Both the position numbers and the translations under genes were made by a program. A DNA stretch of 21,358 nucleotides from a virus. The DNA lies in the IMG/VR virus record IMGVR_UViG_3300001918_000004; one strand, 5' to 3'. The notes below the pieces were generated by a model. The model saw only the letters and a program-made list of their open reading frames with translations, was not told where the DNA came from and did not search any database. Positions 1 through 8,700 of the stretch are shown piece by piece (the first letter of the stretch is position 1; the number at the start of each line of letters is the position of its first letter).

Positions 1-1
1 A

Positions 2-316
2 AAACTTCAAGGCAACAAGACTCGTGTCCCGTATTACGAGTTAGTGAAAGTCGTGTCGAACGAGTTAAAGCTGCATGACGTGTCGCTTACAGAAGACGTG
101 GTACGCAGAGTGTTGGACACTGCGATTGAAGCCATTACATCCGCAGTCGAACAGAACGGCTCGGTGCAACTGCTGCGCTTGGGTACGTTTACGACAAAAA
201 CTTCTACGACAGACGGCATACAGCGAATCAAGTTTCTGCCGTCGATCAAAACCGCAAAGCGTGTGAAGCACAACGCTAATCCAATACAGCCTTTCGTTAT
301 CTCTGAGTTACCATAG
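2..316 (+). CDS. HU/IHF-like DNA-binding protein with shortened beta-arm (5' partial)
   Basis: Frame is open from position 2 (KLQGNKTRVPYYELVKVVS...). ELV..V / V..VLD..I.AIT.A..NGSVQL..LGTF / IKFLPS matches the HU fold pattern; the RNP.TG arm motif is absent. Confidence 0.75.
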   Translation, partial: KLQGNKTRVPYYELVKVVSNELKLHDVSLTEDVVRRVLDTAIEAITSAVEQNGSVQLLRLGTFTTKTSTTDGIQRIKFLPSIKTAKRVKHNANPIQPFVISELP

Positions 317-345
317 GGATAAGTGTAGTTAAGTAGATCAACACC

Positions 346-963
346 ATGGCGGACTTAAGTTTTGTTGGGACTCGACCACGACTGACTCAAACTGTACAGA
401 TGAGCTTCGGCGTTAATGTCGCTGTGTCGGGCGATGACACTCCAACACCGCATTCGATTGTGCGTTGGGAATTTCAAAACGTACCGGAAACTCGAGTACC
501 ATTTACAGTTCTGCCTGTGGAAGACAGCACTACTATCGTGCTGCAAGAACCTAACGCCGTACAAAATTATCAAATCGCTTCGACGTGGGATATAGACGCT
601 GCTGAAACGCCGTTAGCGGGTCGAACCATTGCGTCGGTTAACGCCGGAAGTAATTCTCTGACGTTAGATCAGGCTGTAACTATCGAGGAACAGTTAGAGA
701 TTGCGTTAGTCCGTCCGCCAAGTCCGGCTGACATCTTACGGTACGTTATAGACTTCAGCGTGAATGGGGCTTTGATCGGACTACAAGGACGTATGGAATC
801 TGCACAGGTTGTTGACCTTAACATTGAAACAGATGCATACAATTACGGCGCGACGAACTGGCAACTTATGCGTCGTAGCCGACCTATTGAATTGGATGTA
901 GATGCGTTTCTAGCTGCTGCTGGAGTGCCTCGATCTGATCAACCTATTGTTTTAAACCCCTAA
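346..963 (+). CDS. Putative virion structural protein, paralog A1
   Basis: 205 aa, acidic, beta-rich; shares RPR..TV...FG.N, S...N..TL...A and D..L..AGV.R.D motifs with the next gene. Confidence 0.6.
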   Translation: MADLSFVGTRPRLTQTVQMSFGVNVAVSGDDTPTPHSIVRWEFQNVPETRVPFTVLPVEDSTTIVLQEPNAVQNYQIASTWDIDAAETPLAGRTIASVNAGSNSLTLDQAVTIEEQLEIALVRPPSPADILRYVIDFSVNGALIGLQGRMESAQVVDLNIETDAYNYGATNWQLMRRSRPIELDVDAFLAAAGVPRSDQPIVLNP

Positions 964-982
964 GCAGACAGGACACTTTACT

Positions 983-1597
983 ATGCCTCAGTTTACTTTC
1001 AACACTCAACGTCCACGGCCGTCTGCTACGGTTCCGTTCGAGTTCGGTTTGAACTTTGACGTGTTTGACGCAGGGGCTAACACGGCTTACTACGATTTGT
1101 TTTATTACGTGTTTCAACCTGAATCTATTGAACTTACGGTCGAAGCTGTAGAAGATTCGGACGAGTACGACATCGTAACGCCAGAAACGCTTCCTCCAGG
1201 GTTGCAGTACGGCACGTACACCAGCAGCACGCTGTTTCCCGGCACGGCTGATTTTGTATCTATCTCCGGCAACACGATTACTTTGTCTGAGCAAGCAGGT
1301 TCAACTGGAACAGCTACCTTGCTGTATATCCCTGGATCTGTTCCTGTACCGTTGTTGCGTGTGTATTTTGAACACGAACTAAACGGTTCTACGCTGCAAA
1401 TCACCAGCCGTTTCTACGCCTTAAACGGTAGTTATTTGTTAGGCGAGACGCCAACAATAGATGATCAGTTTTTAGATGTGCCGGAACAAGACCTGCCCGG
1501 ACAGCTACTTTTCACCGAGGTGTACGAATTTAACTCGGATCAATACCTCAGTTTGGCTGGCGTTGAGCGCACAGACACCGCTCTAACGTTGAGCTAA
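983..1597 (+). CDS. Putative virion structural protein, paralog A2
   Basis: 204 aa, AGGA upstream, colinear similarity to 346..963 from N- to C-terminus. Confidence 0.6.
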   Translation: MPQFTFNTQRPRPSATVPFEFGLNFDVFDAGANTAYYDLFYYVFQPESIELTVEAVEDSDEYDIVTPETLPPGLQYGTYTSSTLFPGTADFVSISGNTITLSEQAGSTGTATLLYIPGSVPVPLLRVYFEHELNGSTLQITSRFYALNGSYLLGETPTIDDQFLDVPEQDLPGQLLFTEVYEFNSDQYLSLAGVERTDTALTLS

Positions 1598-2601
1598 TTA
1601 CGCCCTCTCGGAAACAGCAACCCGCTGGCAGGCCGTGTGCTGTTGGCGGGTATTTGTTCGGGCACAAACGTAGAAGGTGCTTCACCCAAATCACGCCACT
1701 GACTATCGACATAGGCGTAAAGTCTATTTTGAACAATGTACAACGTGCCGAATGAGGCTGGTTGCGGTAAGTCGTTTACAGACGGTACAACGCCAGCCAA
1801 TGTGATGTTTACCACAGGCACAGGTGTAGGATTTTTCTGTCCTTGTGGAACACCCTGAGTTGATCCGATCTCCCCTAACGAAACCCAACCCGACGTTGAG
1901 TACACGTAAACCGTGTTTCCGATAACGTAAAATTCACCGACCGGGATAGCTGACGGAACCTGACTTAAATCTGAAAACGTACCAGATGACGTACCAATTA
2001 ACGTCCAAGCAGAATTACTGAATTGATATATGTCGTCACCTACACTGTTTATGGTGTTATTGGGCGGAGACGCTGGAAGATCTTGAACGGACGCTACTGC
2101 GCCATTCACCAACCCGACAAGTACCCATACGTTGTTGGTGTATCGGTAAACGGCATCGTTAATCAAGTAAATAGTGCCTTCGGGCACAGCAGGCGGCAGC
2201 AGGGGTATAGGTGACGAAACTGTGCCGACAATGCTGTATTGAACCCACGTTCCTTGTGCGGCCGAGTAAACGTGCAGCGTGTTGTTAATGCGGTAAACCA
2301 TTCCGTCTGACGGAGAAGTAGGCAGTGATTGAGCCGCAACAAACACGCCAGCAACAACCCAACCACCGTTACCTGTGACATAAGCAGTATCGCCCACAAT
2401 AAATGCTTGATTAGGTTGCGTAGGTGTCGGCAATAACGGCGCAACAGACGGCGATGTGGTTTCTGGAATATACTGCCTTACTACAGTCAAAACATCGCTA
2501 CCTGGGTCTGGTACAAACGAACTTGGTAACACTCCGGTTGTGACAAACCGAACATGTACTGGACGAACGCCTGGAAACTGACTAAATACTGTAACAGACA
2601 T
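1594..2601 (-). CDS. Tail-fibre-like repeat protein
   Basis: Start placed at 2601 (TAATG overlap with the upstream stop). About six repeats of LP....G..Y.(I/V)....Y.Y....W...G, a pattern typical of phage fibre proteins. Confidence 0.7.
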   Translation of the reverse strand: MSVTVFSQFPGVRPVHVRFVTTGVLPSSFVPDPGSDVLTVVRQYIPETTSPSVAPLLPTPTQPNQAFIVGDTAYVTGNGGWVVAGVFVAAQSLPTSPSDGMVYRINNTLHVYSAAQGTWVQYSIVGTVSSPIPLLPPAVPEGTIYLINDAVYRYTNNVWVLVGLVNGAVASVQDLPASPPNNTINSVGDDIYQFSNSAWTLIGTSSGTFSDLSQVPSAIPVGEFYVIGNTVYVYSTSGWVSLGEIGSTQGVPQGQKNPTPVPVVNITLAGVVPSVNDLPQPASFGTLYIVQNRLYAYVDSQWRDLGEAPSTFVPEQIPANSTRPASGLLFPRGRN

Positions 2602-3509
2602 TACTCCCACCTCATTGCGTACGTTAGGTTGTTACCGCCGACTCTAAATTGACCTACGTGACTTACGCTTGTATTAAACTCTAGTTGCGGTGTCACAATA
2701 TACCGAATGTTTTGTAGGTAGTGATATACCGTAAAAGGCACTTCTTGCCTGTGCATGCGAATATCTACACCGATAAACGACGTAATCGGATTTAACACCC
2801 TGGCCCGATCAAACGCATGGAATGGGTGCGGTGTGCTTAGCTGTCCATCGCTGTTTCCCAGCAATTCTCCGTTATTCGGCCACATAACTCCAATCGTGTC
2901 TCGAGGTCTCCATGCGTTTGCCGAATAACTGTAAAACTGCGCCCATCGGTGTGCTGCACTTCCGCCGCCGTCCATAGCCATAACAACAGCGATAATACCC
3001 TCTGACGTATCTTCCCCACTCCCATTCTTAGTTCGTTCTACAGACAAACACATAGCATGCGGATTTGTTGGGTTCGTTACGCGGTTCATTTGCAAACTCG
3101 CAGCGAACCAACTAGGCCCACAACAAAAAAACGATCTACCAGGAGACGTCGAATTACCTCTTGTGTCCAACTGCGCTATTTGTTGGCTGTTTGAGAGCAC
3201 ACTATTTCCGTTAGTGTTTGTACCTACACGCAATAACAGTGAAGGAGAAGATAGTCCGCCGATACCGTACACTAATTGGATGAAGACTGGATGTGTTGTC
3301 TGCAATGCATCTGTAAACTGATATATAGTTCCGTTAGTAAATTGATTAGGCCCGGCCGGTACATTAACGGTATTCCAATTAATTTGCCCTGCATCAGACG
3401 CTCTAATCGCCCCTGCTGCTTCAAAGCCTTGATCTACTTGACTACCCCAAGCCCTAAAGGACGCTGTAGAGTCGCTTTGATAGATAATTTCTCTGCGATG
3501 TGTTGGCAT
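2601..3509 (-). CDS. Putative minor tail protein, paralog B2
   Basis: Start at 3509 via TAATG coupling; motifs FRAWG, FTDALQTTHPVFIQ, SVERTK..G.DT.EGI and C-terminal MRWE shared with 3509..4405. Confidence 0.6.
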   Translation of the reverse strand: MPTHRREIIYQSDSTASFRAWGSQVDQGFEAAGAIRASDAGQINWNTVNVPAGPNQFTNGTIYQFTDALQTTHPVFIQLVYGIGGLSSPSLLLRVGTNTNGNSVLSNSQQIAQLDTRGNSTSPGRSFFCCGPSWFAASLQMNRVTNPTNPHAMCLSVERTKNGSGEDTSEGIIAVVMAMDGGGSAAHRWAQFYSYSANAWRPRDTIGVMWPNNGELLGNSDGQLSTPHPFHAFDRARVLNPITSFIGVDIRMHRQEVPFTVYHYLQNIRYIVTPQLEFNTSVSHVGQFRVGGNNLTYAMRWE

Positions 3510-4405
3510 TATTCCCACCGAATCATGTGTCTAAGGTCATTGCTGACCGGCATGTTTGTGTTAAGAACACTGTTTGCAGTACCAGGCAAAGGCAGCAGCG
3601 TGTAATTTCGTCCGGCATGAAACGCTGTGATGGGTACTAGCGGCACAAAGTCGTTTAGTAGGTAAAAGAATTGACACGTGCTTGGGTTCATTAACCGCCC
3701 TGCTTTGTGTGCATACGCCGGATAGATGCACGTTTGACCGTCTTGTATTCCAGTAGAAACCGCAGTTGGGGGCATAGCAGAAATACTTTGGCTTGTTCTA
3801 TAATTAGTAGCACCAGGGAACCAGAGATCTGTGGCAAAGTCGTAAGTCAAAGCCCATTTGTAAACTTGACTGTTACCCATAGACCCCATTGCAAAAACCA
3901 AAATACCTTCGTTTGTGTCGTTTCCGTTGGCGTCTTTCGTTCGCTCTACGGAAAACAACGTAGCTCTAGCTGATGTGTTGTTTAGCCACATCGCTAACGA
4001 AAAGCGATTTGGCGCACACGAAAATCTGCAATCTAATCCGGTTGTTAGGCTGACGTGACTATCGTGACGGTCTATATAACGAGCCGAAGGTATTCCTCCT
4101 GTTGGCGTTACACCTCTACCGACCCAAGTAGCGAATCCGCATCGTGTAGTTGTACCCCCCATACCTAGTTGTATTTGAATCCCAACTGGATGAGTTTCTT
4201 GTAACGCGTCAGTAAACACGAATCGGGTTGTGCCTACCATTTGCCCTGGTGTTGTAGGTAGGGGCGCAGTAGTCCAATCGGTATTGATCCCAGGCCCTAG
4301 CGTTGCACCACTGGATAACAACGCCTGAATCATTCCGTTTGTCCAACTTCGGAACCCGGCTAAGTCTGAAACTGTTGTCAACAAAGAGGCAGTGTGTGTA
4401 CCCAT
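3509..4405 (-). CDS. Putative minor tail protein, paralog B1
   Basis: Start at ATG 4405 (MGTHT), just after the upstream stop at 4408; FRSW, FTDALQETHPV, SVERTKD.NG.DT.EGI, C-terminal IRWE. Confidence 0.6.
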   Translation of the reverse strand: MGTHTASLLTTVSDLAGFRSWTNGMIQALLSSGATLGPGINTDWTTAPLPTTPGQMVGTTRFVFTDALQETHPVGIQIQLGMGGTTTRCGFATWVGRGVTPTGGIPSARYIDRHDSHVSLTTGLDCRFSCAPNRFSLAMWLNNTSARATLFSVERTKDANGNDTNEGILVFAMGSMGNSQVYKWALTYDFATDLWFPGATNYRTSQSISAMPPTAVSTGIQDGQTCIYPAYAHKAGRLMNPSTCQFFYLLNDFVPLVPITAFHAGRNYTLLPLPGTANSVLNTNMPVSNDLRHMIRWE

Positions 4406-4407
4406 AA

Positions 4408-4857
4408 TTACGACCCTAAACGATACCCTACTAGAACTAAGGATGTATTCTGTGCGGCAGTACCTCGGTTGGTTAAACGACACCACAACAAAGTCGAGTT
4501 ACCGGAAAACTCCACAACACACAACGGCGGTGGAGCTAAGTTAATTGTTAACTGAGGCGGTAAATGATACGTCTCCAACAACACACCATGTCCAACAGGG
4601 GGATCATCAGACAACGACCGTGCGGCATCAGCGGATCTCGCAGCTTCCGAGCGATACAAACGCACCCAAGTTCCGTTTTGACTGGTTGCTCGGACAGCAG
4701 AAAACACAGGAGGTACTTCAAACGTGAACTGTGCAGATTGACCTACATCTAAGAAAAACGTAGGTGACGTCAACTCAAACGTGCGTTGTTTAGATAAGTC
4801 CCACTCATGCCGTAACTCGGTAGATACAGTGAACCCAGCTTTTCCGATACTACTCAT
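4408..4857 (-). CDS. Putative tail-associated protein
   Basis: 149 aa; WVRLY...AAR.AD..R...DDP..GHGV.LE resembles a domain I recall from phage tail/fibre proteins. Confidence 0.55.
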   Translation of the reverse strand: MSSIGKAGFTVSTELRHEWDLSKQRTFELTSPTFFLDVGQSAQFTFEVPPVFSAVRATSQNGTWVRLYRSEAARSADAARSLSDDPPVGHGVLLETYHLPPQLTINLAPPPLCVVEFSGNSTLLWCRLTNRGTAAQNTSLVLVGYRLGS

Positions 4858-5014
4858 TTTCTGGCTCCTGCTCGATCTCCGGTAACGGAAACTGTTCTAA
4901 GTATTTCAACATTAATTCCGGCATGGTAATCGGTTCTGTTAGATTACCTGTCGGCACTAAGGATTCACCATCCAATAAGTTGTACGGATTGTAGTAATAG
5001 ATTTGTTCGCTCAT
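4850..5014 (-). CDS. Small acidic protein, 54 aa (not in the ORF track)
   Basis: Translated by hand: MSEQIYYYNPYNLLDGESLVPTGNLTEPITMPELMLKYLEQFPLPEIEQEPENE. ATG overlaps the upstream TAA (TAATG), the end overlaps the next start, and it fills the operon gap. Confidence 0.7.
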   Translation of the reverse strand: MSEQIYYYNPYNLLDGESLVPTGNLTEPITMPELMLKYLEQFPLPEIEQEPENE

Positions 5015-5595
5015 TACATGACCCTCGTTAATCTAACGCTTAAGTTGTACGTGCCGCTTAACGGTTGCGTTTGATTAAACACCAACAACGCAAACTGATC
5101 TTCCGGTAACACGATGTCCGACACTTTATACTCTCGAGCAAAAGTCGGCTCGTTAGGAATGAAAAACGGCCCGAAGGTTGTTTTGCGATGTTCACCATAG
5201 GTAAACGCATTTGATTCTGGAATGTCGCTTAACCAATACAAATCAATCGAAAACGACATTGAAGGCCCTACCGGACTGCCGGAAGTTTTTTGAGCGATAG
5301 CACTGATCCGAAACGAATCAATGCCAGGGGCAATTAACGCCCAATCGAGTTCTGCGATAACCACGCCGGTTTCTGTTGCACCGATTAAACGGTTATCCCA
5401 AGGACGCAAAAACTGCGAAGCAGCCTGTAACGGGCTTAGTCCTGGCGTAGGTGTGTTACTCAGGCTTTCGTACATCAGACTCAGCAGTGCCGCTTTAATC
5501 TGCTCAAACATCGGCGTTCCGTTGCCGCCGTACTGTAGCTGGTTAGCGTTACCTAGTTCGTCTATTCGAGTTCTAATTGTGTCTGCAAGTGCCAT
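5014..5595 (-). CDS. Hypothetical protein, probably virion-associated
   Basis: 193 aa; helical N-terminus and beta-rich C-terminus; first gene of a translationally coupled tail-like block. Confidence 0.55.
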   Translation of the reverse strand: MALADTIRTRIDELGNANQLQYGGNGTPMFEQIKAALLSLMYESLSNTPTPGLSPLQAASQFLRPWDNRLIGATETGVVIAELDWALIAPGIDSFRISAIAQKTSGSPVGPSMSFSIDLYWLSDIPESNAFTYGEHRKTTFGPFFIPNEPTFAREYKVSDIVLPEDQFALLVFNQTQPLSGTYNLSVRLTRVM

Positions 5596-5642
5596 AACCA
5601 GGCCTGTACGATATACCGCAGTTAAGTGTGTCTTTCTTGAGT

Positions 5643-6215
5643 TTAACTAAATAACGATCCACCATAACTGAATGATGTCTCATCCCATTTAGGTGAATCT
5701 CCGATATAGCGAACATGAGGAAGGTTTTGGCGTGTTCGTTGCCTGTTGTGTGCGGTTTGAACAACGCCTAAATGAACTCGGTAGGTGCGTGAACGGAGTG
5801 CATTCGCTAAACCAGGCCATTGCTGCAATCGCGGGTCTATGTCTAACTGGCGATTGTAAGGTCGATGCGCTGGGTGTTTGCTGTTGCGGTATCTAAACCG
5901 CTGTCTGATATGGCTTTCAATGTCCATAATTCGGCGTTCGTCTGAATCGCTTACGCTAAAAGCCTTACCGCTGCGAGACCATTCAGGCAACACATGATTT
6001 ACGTCGTGAGCAAACTTAGGGAAGATTCCGTCTGGATCTTTTTGTTTTTGCTGCCTATACCAACGGGCTGCTCTTTGGTGCAAGTTCACTAAATCACGGT
6101 GCTGCTGCGGCGATAGCGACTCCATGAGTTTACGCAAATATTTCTTTTGCGAGTAATCTCGAGTTCCAGGGCGGATAGGTGCGGGAGGCAGTCTAGTGGG
6201 TTTAATCAAACGCAT
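5643..6215 (-). CDS. Basic protein, possible HNH-like nuclease with insertion
   Basis: ATG at 6215 just after the terL stop; HDVNHVLP...G and VHLGVV...HNR.R resemble the two halves of a beta-beta-alpha-metal motif. Confidence 0.4.
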   Translation of the reverse strand: MRLIKPTRLPPAPIRPGTRDYSQKKYLRKLMESLSPQQHRDLVNLHQRAARWYRQQKQKDPDGIFPKFAHDVNHVLPEWSRSGKAFSVSDSDERRIMDIESHIRQRFRYRNSKHPAHRPYNRQLDIDPRLQQWPGLANALRSRTYRVHLGVVQTAHNRQRTRQNLPHVRYIGDSPKWDETSFSYGGSLFS

Positions 6216-6219
6216 AAGG

Positions 6220-7881
6220 CTACCACACAATGTTTCTGATTTCTGAGCCAGTCATTGCTGCGGATTCTCCGAACAGTTGCACCACCACGGACTCTTGTTT
6301 CTTTTGCAACACAGCACGTTCGTTAAAAGCACCTAATGCTTTCATGTCATCCTGTTCCCACGCCATTTCCGAAACACTTAAAATGCGTCCTCGTGTTTGC
6401 AGGTAATTTAGGCCTTGAGTTAATGCATCAACAATGTCGTTGTTTACGCTGCGTGGAAATGTCGTAACTTCGTTGATAAAAGCCTGTCTCCAGTTTTGTG
6501 CGCGCAGGCTTGTTTCGTGCGGCAACCAGACTTGTCCGGCTTCAAACAAATGCAGACAGGCTGCAAGTCTTTCCTCTTTACTTCCTCCGTTAATCCCAGA
6601 TTTGGGATCTACAAGAACTAAACCAGACACTTCTTGTCTAAGAATTGTGCGGGTTGCTGTTCCGCTTGCCTTGCCTTCGATTAGGTGTATGTTTGCTTGC
6701 GGGTACATGTTGAGCAAGGTTTTTATTGCCTTTAGCTGTCTGGGAAAATCGACCCGATCTCTGAACATGTCCAACACGTAATAATCTTGTTGGGATTTCC
6801 CGATCACTAACCCAACCGAATAACTACCGTCTTCTGTTTCTTCTCCAGACGCCAAATCCCACGACGTAATGATGGTATCGAGCTTACGTGGAGTATCCAT
6901 GTAATACTTGAACCATTTATATTTAACGGTTCCGCCTTCAGGTGGAATAGGTTCTTGCTGTAACTGTGCGGATATGTTGACGGCAGTTTTTAGTGCGGCT
7001 TTTAGTTCACTAACAGCTACGGCATCAAATCTAGACGGAAACAACAACTCCCCTGCTTTAGTTCTTGGATCTTTCCATCCAATCGCCGTAACGTATGTGG
7101 TTGGCACGTACTCCATGGGAAGTTTCAAACATTCCCATTCGCCTGACGCGTACAACTCACCGATTAAGTCGGCGTAGTGTAACCGCTGACCAATTACAAC
7201 TTGAACACCGCGAAGGGGATTATTTGCGTCACGGTTGTTGGCTCGGGTGGACATTGCTCCGCTGTACCAATTCAACACGGCGTTGCGTTTGGCCGGGCTG
7301 TTGACGTCTGTCGCTTTGTGGGGATCGTCAATGATTAATGTCGTGTAACCGTACCCTGTACTACCGGATTCTGGAGACATGGCTGTACGGCTACCGTTTT
7401 TGGTGTTGTCGTATCTGTCCTTGCAGTTTGAATCGGATTGAAGTTGGTATAAATGACCCCAATTCTGCTGATACCACGCACTTTGAATTAACAAACGAGA
7501 CCTCCAAGCATCTCTGTCCGCTAGTTCTTTTTGGTATGACGCCGTGTATATTACTTCTTCAGGCGCATGCAACCACAACCACGTCGGAAACCCAACACTG
7601 GAGGTCAATGACTTCGCCATTCGTGGTGGCTGCATGATAAGCAGCTTTGTAATTTGACGACGAGACAACGCCTGTAAATGATCACAGATAGCCTCGATAT
7701 GCCAGTTGTCTATGAAGTCGCTTCCGTCGATGTATTTCCACGCTGCTTTCATGTATTTGTGCAGCGAGTTCATGCAGTCGAAAACTTGACGGCCTTTAAC
7801 TAAGATCTCTAACTCACGTAACTGCCGCTTCTCTTCCGCTAAGACTTCTTCTAACGACATGTGGCCGTAGTTTGCAGCCAT
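6220..7881 (-). CDS. terL: Terminase large subunit
   Basis: NWHIEAICDHL, Walker A-like PPRMAKS, Walker B LIIDDPH, QRLH..DL.G, AQLQQEP, nuclease motifs SWDLA and NDIVDALTQ. Confidence 0.95.
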   Translation of the reverse strand: MAANYGHMSLEEVLAEEKRQLRELEILVKGRQVFDCMNSLHKYMKAAWKYIDGSDFIDNWHIEAICDHLQALSRRQITKLLIMQPPRMAKSLTSSVGFPTWLWLHAPEEVIYTASYQKELADRDAWRSRLLIQSAWYQQNWGHLYQLQSDSNCKDRYDNTKNGSRTAMSPESGSTGYGYTTLIIDDPHKATDVNSPAKRNAVLNWYSGAMSTRANNRDANNPLRGVQVVIGQRLHYADLIGELYASGEWECLKLPMEYVPTTYVTAIGWKDPRTKAGELLFPSRFDAVAVSELKAALKTAVNISAQLQQEPIPPEGGTVKYKWFKYYMDTPRKLDTIITSWDLASGEETEDGSYSVGLVIGKSQQDYYVLDMFRDRVDFPRQLKAIKTLLNMYPQANIHLIEGKASGTATRTILRQEVSGLVLVDPKSGINGGSKEERLAACLHLFEAGQVWLPHETSLRAQNWRQAFINEVTTFPRSVNNDIVDALTQGLNYLQTRGRILSVSEMAWEQDDMKALGAFNERAVLQKKQESVVVQLFGESAAMTGSEIRNIVW

Positions 7882-8646
7882 TTAGCGTTCCTCTAAGAAA
7901 CTAAACGGGTCTGCGGAGCTTTGTCCAAATAACGCTCGAATACGGTTTGGTAGGGATCTCCAGAAGGTTGTGGTTCCTTGTTGCAGCACAATTGCCGACA
8001 ACTGGTTGAAACGAATCATCGCTTCGGAACGAACAAGCTGTGCCTTAAGTGCAACAGCATCTTGTTCCTCGACGTAATGCAACCCTAAAAAGCCGTAAGG
8101 TAATCCAGCAGGTGTCATGAGAATGTGGACTGCCATGGTCTGACTGGCGCACCGATCCAACACTTGACGGCAACCGGGAGGCACTTCACTACGGGAATAG
8201 ACCGCCATGCGATCCGGGTCATTCATGCAGTCGTGATACTCACGATGCGCTCGAGACAAAGCAGTGTTTTGAATCGTGCCTGCGTAGGAACCTGCTTCGG
8301 GTTTAGAAGCTTCGTAAAACACGGAAAAACGCACGAAGCGCAGTCCTGTTACCGTGTTGATACCGTTGTGAAATAACGCAATGTAAGCTCTATCGGCTCT
8401 TGCCAAGTGCATGACTTGGTACAGATTACTTAGAACTTCAGGACTAACGCCGACATGTGGTTGTTGGAACGTGCGAGTAATTCGGTCTAACACAATACTG
8501 AAAAGCCGATCCGCTGCCAAGATAGCGGCTAATGCTAACAAAATGTGCAACTCGAACGGCACTTGAATGATGTACGGCGTTTCTACAGAAGGCGTAGTAA
8601 CGGGCTGCTGCGGCTGCGTAGATTCTTGTGCGTGTGCAGGTAACAT
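7882..8646 (-). CDS. Single-TM protein with GAF-like domain (T4 holin T-like architecture)
   Basis: Hydrophobic segment ILLALAAILAA followed by ADRAYIALFHNG, FSVFYE and YGFLGLHY, consistent with GAF strands. Confidence 0.55.
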   Translation of the reverse strand: MLPAHAQESTQPQQPVTTPSVETPYIIQVPFELHILLALAAILAADRLFSIVLDRITRTFQQPHVGVSPEVLSNLYQVMHLARADRAYIALFHNGINTVTGLRFVRFSVFYEASKPEAGSYAGTIQNTALSRAHREYHDCMNDPDRMAVYSRSEVPPGCRQVLDRCASQTMAVHILMTPAGLPYGFLGLHYVEEQDAVALKAQLVRSEAMIRFNQLSAIVLQQGTTTFWRSLPNRIRALFGQSSADPFSFLEER

Positions 8647-8700
8647 GCGGATAACAGGAAACTATACTTATATTATCAGCAGGTTTTCTGAGGTTATGCG

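Noticed and set aside
324-335. AGTTAA as a shared phage promoter motif (also near 5620, 13046 and 18176)
   Set aside because: Too short, common in coding DNA, and inconsistent in orientation relative to downstream genes.
2601-4405. Diversity-generating retroelement TR/VR pair or shufflon
   Set aside because: Similarity is protein-level with scattered synonymous-type differences rather than adenine-specific ones; no reverse transcriptase or invertase sites seen.
6220-7881. Intein or intron in terL
   Set aside because: Length is ordinary, motifs are contiguous, and no intein-like insertion was seen.
8620-8665. Signal peptide ending in AHA-Q for the GAF protein
   Set aside because: An in-frame stop lies six codons upstream of the ATG, so there is no hydrophobic leader.
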